64,000 bases of DNA from the human T2T-CHM13v2.0 reference genome, Homo sapiens, in the NCBI RefSeq assembly GCF_009914755.1, contig NC_060933.1; one strand, 5' to 3'. Shown piece by piece: positions 1 to 15,400 of this stretch. How positions within the stretch are numbered: the first letter of the stretch is position 1; each line of letters opens with the position of its first letter. The notes beneath the pieces are model-generated. The model searched no databases. It saw only the letters and a list, made by a program, of their open reading frames with translations, and had not been told where the DNA came from. The position numbers and the translations under genes were made by a program.

Positions 1-2499
1 AACTCGATTGCAATGGAATGGAATAGAATGGAATGGAATGGAATGGAATGGAATGGAATTAACCCGAATAGAATGGAATGGAATGGAATGGAACGGAATG
101 GAACGGAATGGAATGGAATGGAATGGAATGGAATGGTATGGAATGGAATGGAATGGAATGGAATGGAATGGAATGGAACAACCCGAATGGAATGGAATGT
201 AATGAAGAGTAAGGGATTTGAATACAATCAATCCGAATGAAATGGAATGGAATGCAACGGAATGGAATGGAATGGAATGCAATGGAATTGAATCAACCCG
301 AGTACAATGGAATGCAATGGAATGGAATGGAATGGAATGGAATGGAATGGAATTGAATGGAATGGAATGCCTTCAAACCGAATGGAATGGAAAGGAATGG
401 AATCAACACGAGTGGAATGGAATGGAATGGAATGGAATGGAATGGAATGGTACGGAATAGAATGGAATGGAACGAAATGGAATGGAATGGAATGGAATGG
501 AATGGAATGGAATGGAATCGTTCCGAGTGGAATAGGAGGGAATGTATTCGAGTGGAATGGAAAGGAATGGAATCAACCAGAGTGGAATGGAAGGGAATGG
601 AATGGAATGGAAACTAATAGAATGGAATCAACCCGAGTGGAATGGAATGGAAAGCACTGGAATGGAATGGAATGGAATGGAATCAACTCGATTGTAATGG
701 AATGGAATGGAATGGAATGGAATGGAAAGGAATGCAATGGAATCAACCCGAATACAATGGAATGGAATGGAATGCAATGGAATGGAGTGGAATGGAATGG
801 AATCAACCCGAGTGCAGGGGAATGGAACGGAATGGAATGCAATGGAAAGGAATCATCCGGAATGGAATGGAATGGAATGGAATGCAAAGCAATGGAATCA
901 ACTCGATTGCAATGGAATGGAATGGAATGGAAAGGAATAGAATGGAATCAACCCGAGTGGAATGGAATGGAAAGGACTGGAATTGAGTGAAATGGAATGG
1001 AATGGAATGGAATCAACTCGATTGGAATGGAATGGAATGGAATGGAATGTTATGGAATGGAATTAACCCGAATAGAATGGAATGGAATGGAGTGGAATGG
1101 AATAGAATGGAATTAACCCGAATAGAATAGAATGGAACGGAATGGAACGTAATGTAATGTAATGGAATGGAATGGAATCCATCCGAGTGCAGGGGAATGG
1201 AATGGAATGGAATGCAATGGAATGGAATCATCCGGAATGGAATGGAATGGAATGGAATGGAATGGAATGGAATCAACTCGATTTCAATGGACTGGAATGG
1301 AATAGAATGGAATGGAATTAACACGAATACAATGGAATGGAATGGAATGGAACGGAATGGAACGGAATGGAATGGAATGGAATGGAATGGAATGGAATGG
1401 AATGGTATGGAATGGAATGGAATTAACCCGAATAGAATGGAATGGAATGGAATGGAATGGAACTGAATGGATTGGAATGGAATGGAATGGAATAGAATGG
1501 AATGGAATTAACCCGAATAGAATGGAATGGAATGCAATGGAACGGAACGGAATTGAATGGAATGGAATGGAATGGAATGGAATGGAATGGAATCAACCCG
1601 ACTTCAGGGGAATGGAATGGAATGGAATGCAATGGAAAAGATTCAACTTGAATGGAATGGAAAGAATGGAATCAACACGAGTGGAATGGCATGGATTGGA
1701 ATAGAAGGGAATGGAATCAACCCGAGTACAGGGGAATGGAATGGAATGGAATGCAATGGAATGGAATCATCCGTAATGGAATAGAAAGGAATGGAATGGA
1801 ATGGAATGGAATGGAATGGAATGGAATGGAATGGAATCAACTCGATTGCAATCGAATGGAATGGAATGGAATTAACCCGAATAGAATGGAATGGAATGGA
1901 ATGGAACGGAACGGAATGGAATGGAATGGAATGGAATGGAATGGAATGGAACCGAAAGGAATGGAATGGAATGGAATGCAGTGGAATGGAATGGAATCAA
2001 CGTGAGTGCAGGGGAATGGAATGGAATGGAATGCAATGGAGTGGAATCTTCCGGAATGGAATGGAAAGGAATGGAATGGAATGGAACGGAATCAACCCGA
2101 GTGCAATGGAATGGAGTGGAATGGAATGGAACAACCCGAATGGAATGGAATGTAATGGAGCGTAAGGGAGTTGAATAGAATCAATCCGAATGTAATGGAA
2201 TGGAATGGAACGGAATGGAATTGAATGGAATGGAATGGAATGGAATGGAATCAACTCGATTGCAATTGAATGGAATGGAATGGAGTTAACCCGTATAGAA
2301 TGGAATGGAATGGAATGGAATGGAACGGAATGGAATGGAATGGAATGGAATGGAACGGAACGGATCGGAATGCAATGGAATGGAATGGAATTGAATGGAA
2401 TGGAATGGAATGGAATCAACGCGAGTGCAGGGGAATGGAATGGAATGGAATGCAATGGAATGGAATCTTCCGGAATGGAATGGAATGGAATGGAATAGA

Positions 2500-5400
2500 A
2501 TGGAATGGAATGGAATGGAATGGAATCAACCCGAGTACAGGGGAATGGAATGGAATGTAATGCAATGGAATGGAATCATCCATAATGGAATGGAAAGGAA
2601 TGGAATGGAATGGAATGGAATGGAGTGGAATGGAATGGAATCAACTCGATTGCAATCGAATGGAATGGAATGGAATTAACCCGAATAGAATGGAATGGAA
2701 TGGAATGGAACGGAACGGAACGGAATGGAACGGAATGGAATGCAATGGAATGGAATGGAATGGAATGGAATGGAACGGAAAGGAATGGAATGGAATGGAA
2801 TGGAAAGGAATGGAATGGAATGGAATCAACGCGAGTGCAGGGGAATGGAATGGAATGGAATGCAATGGAATGGAATCTTCCGGAATGGAAAGGAATGGAA
2901 TGGAATGGAATGGAATGGAATGGAATGGAACAAACCCGAGTGCAATGGAATGGAGTGGAATGGAATGGAATGGAATGGATCAACCCGAATGGAATGGAAT
3001 ATAATGGAGAGTAAGGGAGTTGAGTAGAATCAATACGAATATAATGGAATGGAATGGAACGGAATGGAATTGAATGGAATGGAATGGAATGGAATGGAAT
3101 GGAATCAACACGATTGCAATCGAATGGAATTGAATGGAATTAACCCGAATAGAATGGAATGGAATGGAATGGAACGGAACGGAATGGAATGGAATGGAAT
3201 GTAATGGAATGGAACGGAACGGAACGGAATGGAATGGAATGGAATGGAATGGAAAGGAATGGAATCAACGCGAGTACAGGGGAATGGAATGTAATGGAAT
3301 GCAATGGAATGGAATCTTCCGGAATGGAATGGAATGTAATGGAATCAACCCGAGTGCAATGGAATGGAGTGGAATGGAATGGAATGGAATGGAACAACCA
3401 GAATGGAATCGAACGTAATGGAGAGTAAGGGAGTTGAATAGAATCAATCCGAATGTAATGGAATGGAATGGAACGGAATGGAATGGAATGGAATGGAATG
3501 GAATGGAATGGAATGCAATGGAATGGAATCAACCCGAGTGCAATCGAATGGAATCGAATGGAATGGAATGCAATGGAATAGATTCAACTAGAATGGAATG
3601 GAAATAATGGAATCAACACGAGTGGAAGTGCATGGATTGGAATGGAATGGAATGGAATCAACCCGAGTACAGGGGAATGGAATGGAATGGAATGCAATGG
3701 AATGGAATCATCCGTAATGGAATGGAAAGGAATGGAATGGAATGGAATGGAATGGAATGGAATGGAATCCACTCGATTGCAATCGAATGGAATGGAATGG
3801 AATTAACCCGAATAGAATGGAATGGAATGGAATGGAACGGAACGGAACGGAACGGAATGGAATGGAATGGAATGGAATGGAATGGAAAGGAAAGGAAGGG
3901 AATGGAATGGAATAGAATGGAATAGAATAGAATCAACGCGAGTGCAGGGGAATGGAATGGAATGGAATGCAATGGAATGGCATCTTCCGGAATGGAATGG
4001 AATGGAATGGAATGGAATGGAATGGAATCAACCCGAGTCAAATGGAATGGAGTGGAATGGAATGGAATGGAATGGAACAACCCGAATGGAATGGAATGTA
4101 ATGGAGAGTAAGGGAGTTGAATAGAATCAATCCGAATGCAATGGAATGCAATGGAACGGAATAGAATTGAATGGAATGGAATGGAATGCAATGGAATGGA
4201 ATCAACCCGAGTGCAATGGAATGGAGAGGAATGGAATGGAATGGAATGGAAACTACCCGAATGGAATGTAATGTAATGGAGTGTAAGGGAATTGAATAGA
4301 ATCAATCCGAATGGAATGGAATGGAATGGAACGGAATGGAATGGAATGGAATCGAATGGAATGGAATGGAATGCAATGGAATGGAATCAACCCGAGTGCA
4401 ATCGAATGGAATCGAATGGAATGGAATGCAATGGAATGGAATCAACTTGAATGGAATGGAAAGAATGGAATCAACACGAGTGGAATGGCATGGATTGGAA
4501 TGGAATGGAATGGAATCAACCCGAGTACAGGGGAATGGAATGGAATGGAATGCAATGGAATGGAATCATCCGTAATGGAATGGAAAGGAATGGAATGGAA
4601 TGGAATGGAATGGAATGGAATGGAATGGAATGGAATGGAATCAACTCGATTGCAATCGAATGGAATGGAATGGAATTAACCCGAATAGAATGGAATGGAA
4701 TGGAATGGAACGGAACGGAATGGAATGGAATGGAATGGAATGGAACGGAACGGAATGGAATGGAATGGAATGGAATGGAATCAACGCGAACGCAGGGGAA
4801 TGGAATGGAATGGAATGCAATGGAATGGAATCTTCCGGAATGGAATGGAATGGAATGGAATGGAATGAAATGCAATGGATTCAACTCGATTGCAATGGAA
4901 TGGAATAGAATGGAATGGAATGGAATGGAATGGAATTAATCCGAATAGAATGGAATGGAATGGAATGGAACGGAATGGAACGGAATGGAATGGAATGGAA
5001 TGGAATGGTATGCAATGGAATGGAATGGTACGGAATAGAATGGAATGGAACGAATTGTAATGGAATGGAATTGAATGGAATTGAATGGAATGGAATGGAA
5101 TCAACGCGAGTGCAGGGGAATGTAATGGAAGGGAATGCAATAGAATGGAATCATCCGGAATGGAATGGAATGGAATGGAATGGAATGGAATGGAATCAAC
5201 CCGAGTACAGGGGAATGGAATGGAATGTAATGCAATGGAATGGAATCATCCGTAATGGAATGGAAAGGAATGGAATGGAATGGAATGGAATGGAATGGAA
5301 TCAACTCGATTGCAATCGAATGGAATGGAATGGAATTAACCCGAATAGAATGGAATGGAATGGAATGGAACGGAACGGAACGGAACGGAACGGAATGGAA

Positions 5401-8400
5401 TGGAATGGAATGGAATGGAACGGAAAGGAATGGAATGGAATGGAATGGAATGGAATCAACGCGAGTGCAGGGGAATGGAATGGAATGGAATGCAATGGAA
5501 TGGAATCTTCCGGAATGGAATGGAATGGAATGGAATGGAATGGAATGGAACAAACCCGAGTGCAATGGAATGGAGTGGAATGGAATGGAATGGAATGGAA
5601 CAACCCGAATGGAATGGAATATAATGGAGAGTAAGGGAGTTGAGTAGAATCAATCCGAATATAATGGAATGGAATGGAACGGAATGGAATTGAATGGAAT
5701 GGAATGGAATCAACGCGAACGCAGGGGAATGGAATGGAATGGAATGCAATGGAATGGAATCTTCCGGAATGGAATGGAATGGAATGGAATGGAATGAAAT
5801 GCAATGGATTCAACTCGATTGCAATGGAATGGAATAGAATGGAAAGGAATGGAATGGAATGGAATTAATCCGAATAGAATGGAATGGAATGGAATGGAAC
5901 GGAATGGAACGGAATGGAATGGAATGGAATGGAATGGTATGTAATGGAATGGAATGGTACGGAAAAGAATGGAATGGAACGAATTGTAATGGAATGGAAT
6001 TGAATGGAATGGAATGGAATGGAATGGAATCAACGCGAGTGCAGGGGAATGTAATGGAACGGAATGCAATGGAATGGAATCATCCGGAATGGAATGGAAT
6101 GCAATGGAATGGAATGGAATCAACCCGAGTACAGGGGAATGGAATGGAATGTAATGCAATGGAATGGAATCATCCGTAATGGAATGGAAAGGAATGGAAT
6201 GGAATGGAATGGAATGGAATGGAATGGAATCAACTCGATTGCAATCGAATGGAATGGAATGGAATTAACCCGAATAGAATGGAATGGAATGGAATGGAAC
6301 GGAACGGAACGGAACGGAATGGAATGGAATGGAATGGAATGGAATGGAACGGAAAGGAATGGAATGGAATGGAATGGAATGGAATGGAATGGAATGGAAT
6401 CAACGCGAGTGCAGGGGAATGGAATGGAATGGAATGCAATGGAATGGAATCTTCCGGAATGGAATGAAATGGAATGGAATGGAATGGAATGGAATGGAAC
6501 AAACCCGAGTGCAATGGAATGGAGTGGAATGGAATGGAATGGAATGGAACAACCCGAATGTAATGGAATATAATGGAGAGTAAGGGAGTTGAGTAGAATC
6601 AATCCGAATACAATGGAATGGAATGGAACGGAATGGAATTGAATGGAATGGAATGGAATCAATGCGAACGCAGGGGAATGGAATGGAATGGAATGCAATG
6701 GAATGGAATCTTCCGGAATGGAATGGAATGGAATGGAATGGAATGAAATGCAGTGGATTCAACTCGATTGCAATGGAATGGAATAGAATGGAATGGAATG
6801 GAATGGAATGGAATGGAATGGAATTAATCCGAATAGAATGGAATGGAATGGAATGGAACGGAATGGAACGGAATGGAATGGAATGGAATGGAATGGTATG
6901 CAATGGAATGGAATGGTACGGAATACAATGGAATGGAACGAATTGTAATGGAATGGAATTGAATGGAATGGAATGGAATGGAATGGAATCAACGCGAGTG
7001 CAGGGGAATGTAATGGAACGGAATGCAATAGAATGGAATCATCCGGAATGGAATGGAATGGAATGGAATGGAATGGAATCAACCCGAGTACAGGGGAATG
7101 GAATGGAATGTAATGCAATGGAATGGAAAGGAATGGAATGGAATGGAATGGAATGGAATGGAATCAACTCGATTGCAATCGAATTGAATGGAATGGAATT
7201 AACCCGAATAGAATTTAATGGAATGGAATGGAACGGAACGGAACGGAATGGAATGGAATGGAATGGAATGGAATGGAATGGAATGGAATGGAACGGAAAG
7301 GAATGGAATGGAATGGAATGGAATGGAATGTAATGGAATGGAATGCAATGGAATGGAATCAACCCGAGTGCAATCGAATGGAATCGAATGGAATGGAATG
7401 CAATGGAATGGATTCAAATAGAATGGAATGGAAATAATGGAATCAACACGAGTGGAAGGGCATGGATTGGAATGGAATGGAATGGAATCAACCCGAGTAC
7501 AGGGGAATGGAATGGAATGGAATGCAATTGAATGGAATCATCCGTAAAGGAATGGAAAGGAATGGAATGGAATGGAATGGAATGGAATGGAATGGAATGG
7601 AATGGAATCAACTCGATTGCAATCGAATGGAATGGAATGGAATTAACCCGAATAGAATGGAATGGAATGGAATGGAATGGAATGGAACGGAACGGAACGG
7701 AATGGAATGGAATGGAATGGAATGGAATGGAATGGAATGGAACGGAAAGGAAGGGAATGGAATGGAATAGAATGGAATAGAATAGAATCAACGCGAGTGC
7801 AGCGGAATGGAATGGAATGGAATGCAATGGAATGGAATCTTCCGGAATGGAATGGAATGGAATGGAATGGAATGGAATCAACCCGAGTCCAATGGAATAG
7901 AGTGGAATGGAATGGAATGGAATGGAACAACCCGAATGGAATGGAATGTAATGGACAGTAAGGGAGTTGAATAGAATCAATCCGAATGTAATGGAATGGA
8001 ATGGAACGGAATGGATTTGAATGGAATGGAATGGAATGCAATGGAATGGAATCAACCCGAGTGCAATGGAATGGAGAGGAATGGAATGGAATGGAATGGA
8101 AACTACCCGAATGGAATGTAATGTAATGCAGTGTAAGGGAATTGAATAGAATCAATCCGAATGTAATGGAATGGAATGGAACGGAATGGAATGGAATGGA
8201 ATCGAATGGAATGGAATGGAATGCAATGGAATGGAATCAACCCGAGTGCAATCGAATGGAATCGAATGGAATGGAATGCAATGGAATGGAATCAACTTGA
8301 ATGGAATGGAAAGAATGGAATCAACACGAGTGGAATGGCATGGATTGGAATGGAATGGAATGGAATCAACCCGAGTACAGGGGAATGGAATGGAATGTAA

Positions 8401-11400
8401 TGCAATGGAATGGAATCATCCGTAATGGAATGGAAAGGAATGGAATGGAATGGAATGGAATGGAATGGAATGGAATGGAATCAACTCGATTGCAATCGAA
8501 TGGAATGGAATGCAATTAACCCGAATAGAATGGAATGGAATGGAATGGAACGGAACGGAACGGAATGGAATGGAATGGAATGGAATGGAATGGAATGGAA
8601 CGGAAAGGAATGGAATGGAATGGAATGGAATGGAATGGAATGGAATGGAATGCAATGGAATGGAATCAACCCGAGTGCAATCGAATGGAATCGAATGGAA
8701 TGGAATGCAATGGAATGGATTCAACTAGAATGGAATGGAAATAATGGAATCAACACGAGTGGAAGGGCATGGATTGGAATGGAATGGAATGGAATCAACC
8801 CGAGTACAGGGGAATGGAATGGAATGGAATGCAATGGAATGGAATCATCCGTAATGGAATGGAAAGGAATGGAATGGAATGGAATGGAATGGAATGGAAT
8901 GGAATCAACTCGATTGCAATCGAATGGAATGGAATGGAATTAACCCGAATAGAATGGAATGGAATGGAATGGAACGGAACGGAGTGGAATGGAATGGAAT
9001 GGAATGGAACGGAACGGAATGGAATGGAATGGAATGGAATGGAATCAACGCAAACGCAGGGGAATGGAATGGAATGGAATGCAATGGAATGGAATCTTCC
9101 GGAATGGAATGGAATGGAATGGAATGGAATGAAATGCAATGGATTCAACTCGATTGCAATGGAATGGAATAGAATGGAATGGAATGGAATGGAATGGAAT
9201 TAATCTGAATAGAATGGAATGGAATGGAATGGAACGCAATGGAACGGAATGGAATGGAATGGAATGGAATGGTATGCAATGGAATGGAATGGTACGGAAT
9301 AGAATGGAATGGAACGAATTGTAATGGAATGGAATTGAATGGAATGGAATGGAATGGAATGGAATCAACGCGAGTGCCGGGGAATGTAATGGAACGGAAT
9401 GTAATGGAATGGAATCATCCGGAGTGGAATGGAATGGAATGGAATGGAATGGAATGGAATGGAATCAACCCGAGTACAGGGGAATGGAATGGAATGTAAT
9501 GCAATGGAATGGAATCATCCGTAATGGAATGGAAAGGAATGGAATGGAATGGAATGGAATGGAATGGAATCAACTCGATTGCAATCGAATGGAATGGAAT
9601 GGAATTAACCCGAATAGAATGGAATGGAATGGAATGGAACGGAACGGAACGGAATGGAATGGAATGGAATGGAATGGAATGGAATGGAATGGAATGGAAC
9701 GGAAAGGAATGGAATGGAATGGAATGGAATGGAATGGAATGGAATGGAATCAACGCGAGTGCAGGGGAATGGAATGGAATGGAATGCAATGGAATGGAAT
9801 CTTCCGGAATGGAATGGAATGGAATGGAATGGAATGGAATGGAATGGAACAAACCCGAGTGCAATGGAATGGAGTGGAATGGAATGGAATGGAATGGAAC
9901 AACCCGAATGGAATGGAATATAATGGAGAGTAAGGGAGTTGAGTAGAATCAATCCGAATATAATGGAATGGAATGGAACGGAAAGGAATTGAATGGAATG
10001 GAATGGAATCAACGCGAACGCAGGGGAATGGAATGGAATGGAATGCAATGGCATGGAATCTTCCGGAATGGAATGGAATGGAATGAAATGCAATGGATTC
10101 CACTCGATTGCAATGGAATGGAATAGAATGGAATGGAATGGAATGGAATGGAATGGAATTAATCCGAATAGAATGGAATGGAATGGAATGGAACGGAATG
10201 GAACGGAATGGAATGGAATGGAATGGAATGGTATGCAATGGAATGGAATGGTACGGAATAGAATGGAATGGAACGAATTGTAATGGAATGGAATTGAATG
10301 GAATGGAATGGAATGGAATGGAATCAACGCGAGTGCAGGGGAATGTAATGGAACGCAATGCAATGGAATGGAATCAACCGGAATGGAATGGAATGGAATG
10401 GAATGGAATGGAATCAACCCGAGTACAGGCTAATGGAATGGAATGTAATGCAATGGAATGGAATCATCCGTAATGGAATGGAAAGGAATGGAATGGAATG
10501 GAATGGAATGGAATGGAATGGAATGGAATCAACTCGATTGCAATCGAATTGAATGGAATGGAATTAACCCGAATAGAATGGAATGGAATGGAATGGAACG
10601 GAACGGAACGGAATGGAATGGAATGGAATGGAATGGAATGGAACGGAAAGGAATGGAATGGAATGGAATGGAATGGAATGCAATGGAATGGAATCAACCC
10701 GGGTGCAATCAAATGGAATAGAATGGAATGGAATGCAATGGAATGGATTCAACTAGAATGGAATGGAAATAATGGAATCAACACGAGTGGAAGGGCATGG
10801 ATTGGAATGGAATGGAATGGAATCAACCAGAGTACAGGGGAATGGAATGGAATGGAATGCAATGGAATGGAATCATCCGTAAAGGAATGGAAAGGAATGG
10901 AATGGAATGGAATGGAATGGAATGGAATGGAATGGAATCAACTCGATTGCAATCGAATGGAATGGAAAGGAATTAACCCGAATAGAATGGAATGGAATGG
11001 AATGGAATGGAACGGAACGGAACGGAACGGAACGGAACGGAATGGAATGGAATGGAATGGAATGGAATGGAATGGAATGGAACGGAAAGGAAGGGAATGG
11101 AATGGAATAGAATGGAATAGAATAGAATCAACGCGAGTGCAGGGGAATGGAATGGAATGGAATGCAATGGAATGGAATCTTCTGGAATGGAATGGAATGG
11201 AATGGAATGGAATGGAATCAACCCGAGTCCAATGGAATGGAGTGGAATGGAATGGAATGGAATGGAACAACCCGAATGGAATGGAATGTAATGGAGAGTA
11301 AGGGAGTTGAATAGAATCAATCCGAATGTAATGGAATGGAATGGAACGGAATGGATTTGAATGGAATGGAATGGAATGCAATGGAATGGAATCAACCCGA

Positions 11401-12450
11401 GTGCAATGGAATGGAGAGTAATGGAATGGAATGGAATGGAAACTACCCGAATGGAATGTAATGTAATGGAGTGTAAGGGAATTGAATAGAATCAATCCGA
11501 ATGTAATGGAATGGAATGGAACGGAATGGAATGGAATGGAATCGAATGGAATGGAATGGAATGGAATGGAATGGAATCAACCCGAGTGCAATCGAATGGA
11601 ATCGAATAGAATGGAATGCAATGGAATGGAATCAACTTGAATGGAATGGAAAGAATGGAATCAACACGAGTGGAATGGCATGGATTGGAATGGAATGGAA
11701 TGGAATCAACCCGAGTACAGGGGAATGGAATGGAATGGAATGCAATGGAATGGAATCATCCGTAATGGAATGGAAAGGAATGGAATGGAATGGAATGGAA
11801 TGGAATGGAATGGAATGGAATCAACTCGATTGCAATCGAATGGAATGGAATGCAATTAACCCGAATAGAATGGAATGGAATGGAATGGAACGGAACGGAA
11901 TGGAATGGAATGGAATGGAATGGAACGGAACGGAATGGAATGGAATGGAATGGAATGGAATCAACGCGAGTGCAGGGGAATGGAATGGAATGGAATGCAA
12001 TGGAATGGAATCTTCCGGAATGGAATGGAATGGAATGGAATGGAATGAAATGCAATGGATTCAACTCGATTGCAATGGAATGGAATAGAATGGAATGGAA
12101 TGTAATGGAATGGAATTAATCCGAATAGAATGGAATGGAATGGAATGGAACGGAATGGAACGGAATGGAATGGAATGGAATGGAATGGTATGCAATGGAA
12201 TGGAATGGTACGGAATAGAATGGAATGGAACGAATTGCAATGGAATGGAATTGAATGGAATGGAATGGAATGGAATGGAATCAACGCGAGTACAGGGGAA
12301 TGTAATGGAACGGAATGTAATGGAATGGAATCATCCGGAATGGAATGGAATGGAATGGAATGGAATGGAATGGAATGGAATCAACCCGAGTGCAATGGAA
12401 TGGAGTGGAATGGAATGGAATGGAATGGAACAACCCGAATGGAATGGAAT
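2500..12450 (+). repeat. Irregular nested repeats with 3.3-3.9 kb and about 0.95 kb recurrences
   Basis: The block with TTCAA(C/A)TAG, GGAAATAAT, TAGAATAGAATCAACG and CGAGTC(A/C)AAT recurs near 3580, 7410 and 10750 (ORF anchors 4305/8155/11495 and 4451/8301/11641; offsets 3850 and 3340). The GAGTTGAGTAG marker lies at ~3017, 5637, 6586 and 9936 (949 and 3350 bp steps). Confidence 0.75.
11009..11038 (+). repeat. (GGAAC)6 sub-microsatellite, the longest GGAAC run seen
   Basis: Six consecutive GGAAC units, giving a CpG every 5 bp. Shorter runs of 2-4 units occur at the equivalent position after TTAACCCGAATAGAAT throughout the window. Confidence 0.85.
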
Positions 12451-15400
12451 GTAATGGAGAGTAAGGGAGTTGAATAGAATCAATCCAAATGTAATGGAAT
12501 GCAATGCAACGGACTGGAATGGAATGGAATGGAATGGAACGGAATGCAATGGAATGGAACCAACCCGAGTACAATGGAATGGAATGGAATGGAATGGAAT
12601 GGAATGGAATGGAATGATACGGAACAGAATGGAATGGAACGAAATGGAATGGAATGGAATGGAATGGAATGGAATGGAATGGAATGGAATCATTCCGAGT
12701 GGAATAGGAGGGAATGTATTCGAGTGGAATGCAAAGGAATGGGATCAAGCAGAGTGGAATGGAAGGGAATGGAATGGAATGGAAACTAATAGAATGCAAT
12801 CAACCCGAGTGGAATGGAATGGAAAGGAGTGGAATGGAATGGAATGGAATGGAATCAACTCGATTGTAATGGAATGGAATGGAATGGAATTAACCCGAAT
12901 AAAATGGAATGGAATGGAATGGAACGGAATGGAGTGGAATGGAATGGAATCAACCCGAGTGCAGGGGAATGGAATGGAATGGAATGCAATGGAATGGAAT
13001 CATCCGGAATGGAATGGAATGGAATCGAATGCAAAGCAATGGAATCAACTCGATTGCAATGGAATGGAATGGAATGGAAAGGAATACATTGGAATCAACC
13101 CGAGTGGAATGGAATGGAAAGGACTGGAATGGAGTGGAATGGAATGGAATGGAATGGAATGGAATGGAATCAACTCGATTGGAATGGAATGGAATGGAAT
13201 GGAATGGAATGGAATGGAATGGAATTAACCCGAATAGAAAGGAATGGAATGGAATGGAACAGAACGGAATGGAATGGAATGGAATGGAATGGAATGGAAT
13301 GGAATGGAATGGAATTAACCCGGCTGCAGGAGAATGGAATGGAATGGAATGCAATGGAATGGATTCAACTTGAATGGAATGGAAAGAATGGAATCAACAC
13401 GAGTGGAATGGCATGGATTGGAATGGAATGGAATGGAATCAACCCGAGTACAGGGGAATGGAATGGAATGGAATGCAATGGAATGGAATCATCCGTAATG
13501 GAATGGAAAGGAATGGAATGGAATGGAATGGAATGGAATGGAATGGAATGGAATGGAATGGAACGGAACAGAACGGAACGGAACGGAACGGAATGGAATG
13601 GAATGGAATGGAATGGAATGGAATCAATGCGAGTGCAGGGGAATGGAATGGAATGGAATGCAATGGAATGGAATCTTCCGGAATGGAATGGAATGGAATG
13701 GAATGGAATGCAATGAAATGCAATGGATTCAACTCGATTGCAATGGTATGGAATAGAATGGAATGGAATGGAATGGAATGGAATGGAATTAACCCAAATA
13801 GAATGGAATGAAATGGAATGGAACGGAATGGAACGGAATGGAATGGAATGGAATGGAATGGAATGGAATGGAATGGTATGGAATGGAATGGAATGGTACG
13901 GAATAGAATGGAATGGAACGAATTGTAATGGAATGGAATTGAATGGAATGGAATGGAATGGAATGGAATCAACGCGAGTGCAGGGGAATGTAACGGAACG
14001 GAATGCAATGGAATGGAATCATCCGGAATGGAATGGAATGGAATGGAATGGAATGGAGTCATCCTGAGTGCAATGGAATGGAGTGCAATGGAATGGAATG
14101 GAAAGGAACAACCCGAATGGAATGGAATGTAATGGAGAGTAAAGGAGTTGAATAGAATCAATCCGAATGTAATTGAATGGAATGCAACGGAATGGAATGG
14201 AATGGAATGGAATGGAATGGAATGCAAAGGAATGGAATCAACCCGAGTGGAATGGCATGGAATGGATTGCAATGGAATGGAATGGAATGGAATCAACTCG
14301 AGTGGAAAGGAATGGAATGGAATGGAAAGGAATGGAATGAAATCAACTCGAGTGGAATGGAATGGAATGGATTGGAATGGATTGCAATGGAATGAAATGG
14401 AATGGAATGGAATGGAATCAATCATTCCGAGTGGAATGGAAGGGAATGTAATGGAGTGGAAAGAAGGGAATGGAATCCACCCGATTGGAATGCAACGCAA
14501 TGGAATGGAATGGAAAGGAATGGAATGGAATCAACTCGATTGCAATGGAATGGAATGGAATGGAATGGAATGGAATGGAATTAACCGGAATAGAATGGAA
14601 TGCAATGGAATGGAACGGAATGGAATGGAATGGAAGGGAATGGAATCAACACGAGTGCAGGGGAATGGAATGGAATGGAATGCAATGGAATGGAATCATC
14701 CGGAATGGAATGGAATGGAATGGAGTGGAATGGAATGGAATGGAATGGAATTAACCCGAATAGAATGGAATGGAATGCAATGGAACGGAATGGAATAGAA
14801 TGGAATGGAATGGAATGGAAAGGAATCAACCCGACTGCAGGGGAATGGAATGGAATGGAATGCAATGGAATGGAATCATCCGGAACGGAATGGAATGGAA
14901 TGGAATGGAATCAACTCGATTGTAATGGAAAGGAATGGAATGGAATGGAATGGAATGGAATGGAATGGAATGGAATGGAATGGAATGGAATTCACCCGAA
15001 TAGAATGGAATGGAATGGAATGGAAAGGAATGGAAGGGAAGGGAATGGAATGTCATCAACCCGAGTGCAGGGGAATGGAATGGAATGGAATGCAATGGAA
15101 TGGAATCATCCGGAATGGAATGGAATGGAATGGAATGGAATGGAATGGAATGGAATGGAATGCAATGGAATGGAATCAACCCGAGTACAATGGAATGGAA
15201 TGGAATGGAATGGAATGGAATGGAATGCCTTCAAACTGAATGGAATGGAAAGGAATGGAATCAACACGAGTGGAATGGAATGGAATGGAATGGAATGGAA
15301 TGGAGTGGAATGGAATGGAATGGAATGGAATGGTACGGAATAGAATGGAATGGAACGAAATGGAATGGAATGGAATGGAATGGAATGGATTGGAATGGAA

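Noticed and set aside
519-600. G-quadruplex at GGAGGG/GGGG words
   Set aside because: Runs of three or more G are isolated, and I saw no cluster of four within short loops. Only weak two-tier GG patterns are possible.
1842-1855. Palindrome as a canonical C/EBP site
   Set aside because: The core is ATTGCAAT, which lacks the central two bases of the ATTGCGCAAT consensus. No specific factor is assigned.
2155-2175. GTAAG words as 5' splice donors
   Set aside because: There is a partial match to GTRAG, but the + strand has no polypyrimidine tract or acceptor context, so no exon structure can be supported.
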